From positions 295,172 to 359,171 of the forward strand of contig NIVC01001098.1 in the NCBI GenBank assembly GCA_002269645.1: a DNA stretch of 64,000 nt, in the 5' to 3' direction. This DNA comes from Macrostomum lignano. Taxonomy: Eukaryota. The notes under the pieces are model-generated. The model worked only from the letters and a program-made list of their open reading frames with translations, searched no databases and had not been told where the DNA came from. How positions within the stretch are numbered: the first letter of the stretch is position 1; each line of letters starts with the position of its first letter. A program made the position numbers and the translations under genes. This document shows positions 54,601-64,000 of this stretch, one piece after another.

Positions 54601-56820
54601 AGGAGTGAACAGACTGACTGTACAGTAGCTACAGGAGTGAACAGACTGACTGTACAGTAGCTACAGGAGTGAACAGACTGACTGTACAGTAGCTACAGGA
54701 GTAAACAGACTGACTGTACAGTAGCTACAGGAGTGAACAGACTGACTGTACAGTAGCTACAGGAGTGAACAGACTGACTGTACAGTAGCTACAGGAGTGA
54801 ACAGACTGACTGTACAGTAGCTACAGGAGTGAACAAATACTGACTGTACAGTAGCTACAGGAGTGAACAGACTGAATGTACACTAGCTACAGAAGTGAAC
54901 AGACTGACTGTACAGTAGCTACAGGAGTGAACAGACTGACTGTACAGTAGCTACAGGAGTGAACAGACTGACTGTACAGTAGCTACAGGAGTGAACAAAT
55001 ACTGACTGTACAGTAGCTACAGGAGTGAACAAATACTGAATGTACACTAGCTACAGAAGTGAACAAAGACTAACTGTACACTAGCTAAAGAAGCAAACAA
55101 AGACTGACTCACTCTGACTGTACAGTAGCTACAGGAGTGAACAGACTGACTGTACAGTAGCTACAGGAGTGAACAGACTGACTGTACAGTAGCTACAGGA
55201 GTGAACAGACTGACTGTACAGTAGCTACAGGAGTGAACAGACTGACTGTACAGTAGCTACAGGAGTGAACAGACTGACTGTACAGTAGCTACAGGAGTGA
55301 ACAAATACTGACTGTACAGTAGCTACAGGAGTGAACAAATACTGAATGTACACTAGCTACAGAAGTGAACAGACTGACTGTACAGTAGCTACAGGAGTGA
55401 ACAGACTGACTGTACAGTAGCTACAGGAGTGAACAGACTGACTGTACACTAGCTACAGGAGTGAACAGACTGACTGTACACTAGCTACAGGAGTGAACAG
55501 ACTGACTGTACACTAGCTACATAAGTGAACAGACTGACTTTACAGTAGCTACAGGAGTGAACAGACTGACTGTACACTAGCTACAGGAGTGAACAGACTG
55601 ACTGTACAGTAGCTACAGGAGTGAACAAATACTGACTGTACAGTAGCTACAGGAGTGAACAAATACTGAATGTACACTAGCTACAGAAGTGAACAAAGAC
55701 TAACTGTACACTAGCTAAAGAAGCAAACAAAGACTGACTCACTCTGACTGTACAGTAGCTACAGGAGTGAACAGACTGACTGTACAGTAGCTACAGGAGT
55801 GAACAGACTGACTGTACAGTAGCTACAGGAGTGAACAGACTGACTGTACAGTAGCTACAGGAGTGAACAGACTGACTGTACAGTAGCTACAGGAGTGAAC
55901 AGACTGACTGTACAGTAGCTACAGGAGTGAACAAATACTGACTGTACAGTAGCTACAGGAGTGAACAAAGACTGACTGTACACTAGCTACAGGAGTGAAC
56001 AGACTGACTGTACAGTAGCTACAGGAGTGAACAGACTGACTGTACAGTAGCTACAGGAGTGAACAGACTGACTGTACAGTAGCTACAGGAGTGAACAGAC
56101 TGACTGTACAGTAGCTACAGGAGTGAACAGACTGACTGTACAGTAGCTACAGGAGTGAAAAAATACTGACTGTACAGTAGCTACAGGAGTGAACAAATAC
56201 TGAATGTACACTAGCTACAGAAGTGAACAGACTGACTGTACAGTAGCTACAGGAGTGAACAGACTGACTGTACAGTAGCTACAGGAGTGAACAGACTGAC
56301 TGTACACTAGCTACAGGAGTGAACAGACTGACTGTACACTAGCTACAGGAGTGAACAGACTGACTGTACACTAGCTACAGAAGTGAACAGACTGACTGTA
56401 CAGTAGCTACAGGAGTGAACAGACTGACTGTACAGTAGCTACAGGAGTGAACAAATACTGAATGTACACTAGCAACAGAAGTGAACAGACTGACTGTACA
56501 GTAGCTACAGGAGTGAACAAATACTGAATGTACACTAGCTACAGAAGTGAACAGACTGACTGTACAGTAGCTACAGGAGTGAACAGACTGACTGTACAGT
56601 AGCTACAGGAGTGAACAGACTGACTGTACAGTAGCTACAGGAGTAAACAGACTGACTGTACAGTAGCTACAGGAGTGAACAGACTGACTGTACAGTAGCT
56701 ACGGGAGTGAACAGACTGACTGTACAGTAGCTACAGGAGTGAACAAAGACTGACTGTACAGCAGCTACAGGAGTGAACAAAGACTCACTGTACACTAGCT
56801 ACAGGAGTGAACAAAGACTG
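51690..56820. repeat. 5.1-kb 32-34-bp minisatellite (GTGAACAGACTGACTGTACAGTAGCTACAGGA) between the two kinase genes
   Basis: About 155 copies with recurring variant blocks. Confidence 0.98.
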
Positions 56821-57393
56821 TGAAGCTAAGAAAGTGCAAAGACTTGAAGTCTTGCGGAAGTGGATTTGAACAAAGGTGGAATACAAATGTATTTCACAGG
56901 TTAGGTAAGGCACTTGCGCTCGTTCTATCGAGTTTACCAGCGTAAATTTGATTACTGGCACTGCAAGCACATAAAGTTTCTGATCAACCGCACACTGCCC
57001 AGAATTGAAACAATCGAAATCTGGCAGAGAGCTTAGGGAGGCAAAATTTGAATTGAAAAAAATTCAAGGCAATGCACGCGGTTGTAAAAACTTACACAGG
57101 TGCGCGTAGCAAATGAGGCGAATTCGCTCCGGCATGATCTGCGCCGCGGTTTATTTTATGAAATTCTAAAAACACAACTTATCTCGACACTTGAAAGAAA
57201 TGGAAGAACTCTCGAAACAATATTTTTGAACATGATATTTTTTCCGAATTCAAAACTCGAAAGATGGAACAAGCAACAGAAATGCAAAAGCAGTTGGCAG
57301 TGGTACGGCGTGGTCAGCAGTGAGTTGACAGCGAGCTGCTCAGGCGGCAAGTTAAACTTGGCTGTGGAATAAGCGAAATAAACAGATTTTGTT

Positions 57394-57630
57394 CTGAGCT
57401 GCAGGTGTGCCTGAGCTGCAGGTGTGCCTGAGCTGCAGGTGTGCCTGAGCTGCAGGTGTGCCTGAGCTGCAGGTGTGCCTGAGCTGCAGGTGTGCCTGAG
57501 CTGCAGGTGTGCCTGAGCTGCAGGTGTGCCTGAGCTGCAGGTGTGCCTGAGCTGCAGGTGTGCCTGAGCTGCAGGTGTGCCTGAGCTGCAGGTGTGCCTG
57601 AGCTGCAGGTGTGCCTGAGCTGCAGGTGTG
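57394..57630. repeat. 17-bp minisatellite (CTGAGCTGCAGGTGTGC)
   Basis: About 14 perfect copies. Confidence 0.96.
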
Positions 57631-57896
57631 CCAGTTTACAAACGCAACGCACAAAGTCTGGGAAGAACGATTGACATGAGGCTGGGGAAGACGAAAATGT
57701 ACAGTCAGTATACATGGTACAGTCCTCATGAGCTGCAGTCTCATACATGTACTATAATACGCTATGCAGCACAAATATGCATTCACACACAACTTTCCCA
57801 GCTGGTGCACTTCCATAAGCATTTGTCTGTTTAACACCTGTCTCTAATTCCCAGTCATTAAGCCTCGATTTCGCAAATGCGCCGAGCCAGCAGCGG

Positions 57897-60800
57897 TCAG
57901 AAGGGCGGCGAGTCGTCGAGAGGCGGCAGGAACGGGTGGTTTCGCAGCAGCTCCTCCGCGCCCGGCCTGAGGGAGGCGGGCCGCGCGAAGCAGGTCCGGA
58001 TGAAGTCGCGGGCGACATCGCTGGCCTCCGCAGGCATGCGGAAGTGCTCCGGGTGGTTCATGATGCACAGCACCACCGCGGCTGGGTTGTCGCAGTGGTG
58101 GTACGGCGGCTGCCCCGTCAGGAACTCCACCACGGTGGCACCCAGCGACCAGATGTCGGTCTTAAAGTCGATGTGGGCCTCGCCACCGATCATCTCTGGC
58201 GACATGTAGAAAACGGTGCCGGTGACCGAGTGGCTGGTGCCGATCTCCTGGATGCGCTTGGCCGCGCCGAAGTCCGACAGCTTCACCTTGCCGTGCGAGT
58301 CCTTCAGGATGTTCGCGGCTGCGGGAATCCATCGGGTTGATATTGGCAGCCCCATTCTGGCTCAGTGATTACACACCCCACCAGCCGCTACCAATGACCT
58401 TGATGTGATCCCGCACCCCTACCAGCCGCTCCCAATGACCTCAAGGTGATTCCACACCCCCACCTTGTGGTGATCCCAGACCCCCGCCAGCCGCTACCAA
58501 TGACTTTGATGTGATCCCACACCCCGCCAGACGCTCCCAATGACCTTGATGTGATCCCACACCCCCGCCAGACGCTCCCAATGACCTTGAGGTGATCCCA
58601 CACCCCCACCAGCCGCTCTTCATGACCTCAAGGCGATTCCATACCCCAGAAAGCACATTCCGACCCACCTCCCACCCATGACATCGCGGTGATCCCATCC
58701 CACACGCCAGCAGCTCACCCTTGACATCTCTGTGGATGATGTCCCTGCTGTGCAGGAAGTGAAGGCCTTCCATGACCATCCGGGTGAACCGCATGGCCGC
58801 CTTCTCGTTCAGCGGTCCGCGGGCGCGGATGTAGTGCCGCAGGCTGTTCTCCGGCATGAACTCCATGAAGATGCAGAGCCGGTTGGGCTCCCGCCGGCAG
58901 TCGAAGTACTTCACGATGCGCCGGTGCTCGATGGCGCGCAGCAGGCGGATCTCCTGCTCCAGGGAGCGAACGGCCTGCGACTCCAGGCTGTGCGAGTTCA
59001 GCTCCACCACCTTCACGGCGTAGATGCGACCAGTGTTGAAATCCTCGCACTTGTACACCTTGCCAAAGGAGCCCTGGCCAAGGAAGGTGCACTTCTCGAA
59101 GTTCAGAGCGATTTGGCCAACTGGAAGGAAACGAGGTTCTGTCGGCTGCTGTCACGAAAGCTGCCGGGGTTCGATTCCGGACCCGCGGAGCGTGGCCAAA
59201 TTTTAATCCGGGGTTCTTGCAGCTCGTACGGATCTTGGCTTGCAGGTGTACAGCAGGAACTACTCGAGTAGGAGGACGCGAAACTACTTTTGTTGGAAAT
59301 TTTTAGGAGGCAGGTTTTACCGAAAAAGTACATTCGGAGATAAGAGGTTTTCATTTTTTCAACATAAAAATTGTTATTGCTTTTGATAGGAGGCAGACCC
59401 AGTGCTTATCTTTTGATATGACTTGCCTTTGTTACAGATTTATTGATATTCGTAAAGCTTTTTGTTGCACAGTCAATAGACAAAGGATACTAAAATAGAT
59501 TCATAAAACCACTTAGTGCATTTTTTTGCCATTTTTATGATTTTTAGGCACAGGACATGTGCGATTGTACATAGGGTGCAAAATATACATAAAATCCTGG
59601 CTTTCAAAACAAAAAAGCTTCACGAATACCAATAGAGCTATAAAGAAAGTCAAACCATATCAAAAGATGAACATTGGGTTTGCCTCCCATCAATAGCAAC
59701 AGCAATTTTTGTGCTGAAAATATGAAAAGCCCCATTCTCCGTAATTTACTCTTTTGCATGGTAAAACCTGCGTCCAAAATTTTGCAGGAAACCAAGTTTC
59801 ATGTCATTCTACTTAAGTAGTCCTTGGTGCACAGATGTGAGAGCTCTGCCTGCGATCGATATTCCTCTATCTATCCGTGCACGTGCTCGGGAAGGGCAAC
59901 TTGCCCGCTAGCTGGCTGTGGGTGATCCGGGATCACTGGAGACATGGAAGGAACATGGAAGGCCGATTCCTTCTGGATTGAACAGATTTTAATGGTTAGC
60001 TTTATTCTGCTCGGAATAGTCAGTTCTATAAACAGACGTCAGTATCTTTAAACCCATTCTGGAAGTAAAACTTTGCAGTCCCAATTTTCAAAGCTCGCCT
60101 TTAATTTTTCTAAGCACAAAACAGACTTGCGTTTTGTTTTGCGAACTCATGTCAGTTGTGATTCCCTCAGCTGCTGCTCAGCTTTAAACAGAGATCAAGT
60201 TTGGTCCCATTTCTAGGGGAGCGCACTTGTCCCTTCTCCAACTGTTCCCCGGCTGTCGATCGCTGGGCCAGACTCGAAAGCCCCCCCCGGCATACTGGCC
60301 AGCTGTAACTGCACATGGGGTTTTACTTATAGAAGCTACAGGTAGGAGAAACTCCTCGCGACTCACTGTCCGAGTTGTCCGCAGCCGAGTCGAGTCCCTG
60401 GCCGCTGGGGTGCCTGGCTGGAACGAACGGCGCCAGCTGCTCCTTCTGCACGGCACCATCTTCGCTGACCCCCGCGTCGGACAGCCTGGAGCTGCGGCTG
60501 TTGCGCCGCTCCGAGGTTGAGCGCTCGCGGCGCTGAACCGAGATGGGATATTCGGGCAACAGGAAGCTGGGCGGGGCGGGCGGCTGCGACTCGGGACCTG
60601 CGGCGGTGCGAAAAATATTCAACACACGGGCGTGAAGACTGAGGCTCCAATGCTTGCAAGTCCTTCGGAACATTCACTCTATCTAGAACCACACAAAACA
60701 ATTCGACACTTCAGGCTACTCACTTGTGGTGGCGTCCGGGCTTTCCGGTTGGAGTCGCAGACGAAGGGTGCCGGCCTCCTGCTCGTAGTGGTCAGCGGCG

Positions 60801-61015
60801 ATGGTCACAATGGTGTTGAGGTCCTGCTGGCTTCTGATTGGCTGCACGGAGCCGCACGGCATGGTGAACTGCACTTTAAGCTGGCGGCCGTAGACGCTGC
60901 GCAGAGAGGCGCTGAGCTGGGAGAGGCTGAGAGGCTGTGGGAACTGGCCAAGGGTGGAGCTGCGCCCATCGAGCTCGCAGATGACTCGCAGCGGACTGAG
61001 CCCGTTGGAGATCAT
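57897..61015 (-). CDS. MAP3K3: PB1-domain MAP3K2/3 (MEKK2/3)-like kinase, paralogue B (canonical), 4 exons, about 448 aa
   Basis: Exons 60724-61015 (PB1), 60367-60597, 58719-59120, 57897-58318; all phase 1, total 1347 nt. Motifs: LGQGSFGKVY, YAVK, EQEIRLL, HRDVKAANIL, DFGAAKR, GTVFYMSPE, DIWSLG. Confidence 0.92.
58378..58635. repeat. 39-bp degenerate minisatellite in kinase B intron
   Basis: CCAGCCGCTCCCAATGACCTTGATGTGATCCCACACCCC-like units. Confidence 0.88.
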
Positions 61016-63726
61016 TAGTTTAAAGTGAGTGGGTGCGGGCGCGTAGCTGCTGATTGCTGCCAACAGTGCAGTTCTGACAGTTCAGTCAGCTGGGAGGCAT
61101 GCTGAGTCAGCAGAACCAGCGGAAGTTGATTAAATCTAAACTTATAAACAAATTAAATATTAAAAAACTAAAATATTTTCAATTTACAAAGACCTTGAAA
61201 AACTTTTTAAGAAAAACTGAGTAAAATAAAACTATCTAAAGCTGTTTAAATATTGACTCATATATAGTCAATAGATTTTTAATATGCTATTGTTTAGACC
61301 ATCATAAAAAGATTTCAAGAAAACTAAGGTGCATTCTATACTACATTGCCTGATGTCTCATTCAAAATACATATATTTAAAATAAATTATGAAATTTAAG
61401 TCAACATCTCAAAAAGTTAAAGAAGCAATAATAATTTTGCTTTTGTTTCTTTAAGAGCTTCTTTGTGACGTGTGAAAATAGAAAAACCAATATTTTTTTA
61501 TAAACGCAAGTTTCAATAATTATAGCTATTTATTGAATTCATATATAGCTTTCAATTCATATTAAATTCATTCAACTCATAGCTACTTAGACCATAAGAA
61601 AGTTGTATTTTTTGCAACATAAGAAAGACAAGAACAAGGAAAATAATTTCACATACATTTAGGGACACTATATAGAAGTTTTAGTTGTAGTAGTACATTT
61701 ATTATAATAGCATCAAACACACACACAAGTACACACATACACACACATGTAGACACCCACACTGCATAGCATAGGTAGGACTCATGCACTCATGGGAAAT
61801 GTATTTAAAAATTATTTGCCATGAGACCATTCATAATACATTGGTATTTTTTTACTAAAATTCTGACTCAAAATATTTATTTAAATTTACGTTTTAGCGA
61901 TTTGTAGACTAATACATAATCTTATGGGTGACTGAGTGTCAAAGTTGATTAGATTTCTGTCATGTTGTAAATTGTAATGAGCTTGAGTTGTTGATAATTT
62001 TTGTATTACGTAAAACACTTGTAATAAACTAAAAAGAGCAACATATAGACGTTTTAGCAGCGTTAAAGTTGTCCCAGATTGGCTAAAGAATTTCGTATTT
62101 CTCGCAACGCATTGTTTATATTGTAACGTTAAACGAAGTCAAATGCAATGAAGCTTCCCTCACATCCTTGTTGTAAAAAAATAAAAAAACTATTTCTCGA
62201 AATATTCTATAAAAAATGCGCAGATATGCCTTTACTCAGAGTCGATCTAAAATATTCCCTAGTGCGAAATTTTCAATTTTGTTTAAAAGTTACAATCCGG
62301 AGAAGACTGATTAGTTTCTATTGGTTAGTCCTATTCAACTTTCTATTAAACTATTAAGACTTTAAAGACGTCTATTAAGACTATAATATTTGTCTGCCTT
62401 TGCAGAATTTGCAAACCGTAAAAAGTAAATACTCGGAACCATTAGGGCTCCTAAGACTTTATAAAATAATTTTATAATCTCTATTTCTCTTTTTCTGAGT
62501 TGAAATTTGAAATAAACAAAGAACGCATCGCCGGTCGACTTATTTTTTTTTCGTTCGAAATCCCAGGTCACATGTGCAGTAGGTAAAGCAGTAACAGATA
62601 ATGTGCATGCCATTTTGGGCGTCAATTTCCTTAGTTATTTAAAGGCCCATAGATAATTATTTCACTTGAAAAAACGTTTAAAATAATGACAAGACCAATT
62701 TAACATGAAAAATTGATTAATGCGTCGTTAGAGCAGCATGTGAGGCACAAAATAGTGTGATTTGACTTTCTCTGACACTGTAAAGAGACCCAATCACTGT
62801 TTTAGTGTTGAAAATCGTGAAATTTCCTATCTCCGTCGGGTATTTTTCCGGTGAAACCTGCCTTTAAAACTAGTTCTGAACGAAAAGCTATATATCGATA
62901 GAGGAATAAGAAAGGCGCAACATATTCAAAACATGAACACAGGATCTGCCTCCTATCAAAAGCAATAACAATTTTTGTGCTAAAGAAATTCAAACCTTAT
63001 CCTGTAGTGTATTTTTCGGCGAAAAGTTGTCTTCCAAACAAATCTTACCATATAGATTTACTCAATACCTTCTACTCAAGTTGTCCTTGCAGCAGGTTCA
63101 GCAGCTGAGCTTGAATTTTTCTATTCGGATGATGTACAATCATGTATGCTACATGTACGCACATGTAAGATGTAATTATTACTTAAACCGTATACTGCTA
63201 AATGAATTATACAAGCATGCTCAATTTTCTAAGAGTATTTGGCACTTTATTCAATAAATGTACGTACGAGCGTACGAGTATTTACATGTAGGCAGAAAAT
63301 CTCAGTGGAAGCTTCTACGAGCTATATATTTATCATGAACGCACCTTTATGTATGTTTTGCGCACAGAGCACGAATCCACGGTATGATGGTACTCACTAG
63401 GCAAATCTAGTTATTTGCTCGATCTCGAGTACTTGTACTTTAGCACACATTTTTCAGAATAGCTTAGAGACCCAGACAGAAAGGAATAGGAATGCACAAG
63501 AGCGAGCCGGCAAGAATTTTTTCGAAGACATAATTAATGCGAATGTGAGCAGCCAATTAAATAACAGTCTATTTAAGAGTTACAACAGTTTTGAATCTAG
63601 CTGAATGAGTGCAGAGCGCACTGCAGGTAAAGCCAGATATTTCTAACAGCGATTGAATTTGCACTAGCAATAAAAAGCAATTGCAGGTGCAGCTCCCGGG
63701 AAGAGCTGAACTGCAGTCTGGCTGCG

Positions 63727-64000
63727 TCACGCCGCACGATGACTTTTGACAACTTTGGCGATGCAGCCCGCAATCTCGCGCGGAGTCTTGGTCTGGCCGT
63801 AGTAATCCACTACGCTACCGTCCGGGCTCACCAGGTTACATGATGATCGCGTGTCCACTATGTAGTCCCCGTCCTGGTCAACTGGGCCCTTGCTGTAGTA
63901 CACTCTGTACTTCTTGGCTACTTCGTCAACCTCGGCCTTGGTGCCGGTGAGGCCGCGATGAACTTGTCGCTGAAATCAGCGATGTACTCCTTGACCAGGG
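63727..64000 (-). CDS. SCO1: SCO1/SCO2 copper chaperone, last exon (partial, three apparent indels)
   Basis: Reads LVKEYIADFSDKFI/GLTGTKAEVDEVAKKYRVYYSKGPVDQDGDYIVD/(H)AIIM(Y)/LVSPDGSVVDYYGQTKTPREIAGCI..*, matching the SCO pattern GLTG...YRVYY...DYIVDH..IMYL..PDG...DY.GQ. Confidence 0.85.

Noticed and set aside
51690-56820. CRISPR-like array (also considered for the 30-, 33- and 44-bp arrays)
   Set aside because: Units are contiguous with no unique spacers, there are no cas genes, and the context is eukaryotic.
57156-57369. Alternative terminal exon of kinase B (AKFNLPPEQLAV...)
   Set aside because: The acceptor and phase fit, but there is no convincing similarity and the sequence becomes AT-rich and non-coding-like.
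59130-59190. tRNA/SINE-like B box (GGGGTTCGATTCCGG); a similar one lies at about 24817
   Set aside because: Isolated B-box matches with no A box or SINE body; at most decayed fragments.

Overview
This is eukaryotic (metazoan) genomic DNA, not prokaryotic. GC-rich exons alternate with introns filled by minisatellites, a style that resembles the flatworm Macrostomum lignano (inference from style only). I assembled spliced gene models by hand from GT..AG junctions with consistent phases. Minus-strand genes: a GABA-B-receptor-like class C GPCR (13 exons, 3' end beyond the window start), an AGAP/centaurin-gamma gene (11 exons), a divergent RPSA/uS2, COA3, Rab14, two tandem PB1-domain MAP3K2/3-like kinases (one canonical, one with degenerate catalytic motifs), and the last exon of a SCO1-type gene. 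The only plus-strand gene is a secreted PAN/Apple-like plus Thr-Pro mucin protein with a probable 1-nt assembly indel. Mobile DNA: a decayed Gypsy pol fragment, two copies of a tRNA-derived CORE-type SINE, and a 2.75-kb TIR element. About 30 different tandem repeats produce nearly all the long ORFs in the six-frame track; these are not genes. The most unusual signals are: intronic minisatellites built from copies of the host's own splice sites (in one case in frame within a kinase catalytic loop); the canonical/degenerate kinase pair; the divergent RPSA; a candidate trans-spliced Rab14-COA3-RPSA cluster; and an intronic array of AP-1 sites. There are no CRISPR arrays, rRNA genes or genuine tRNA genes.
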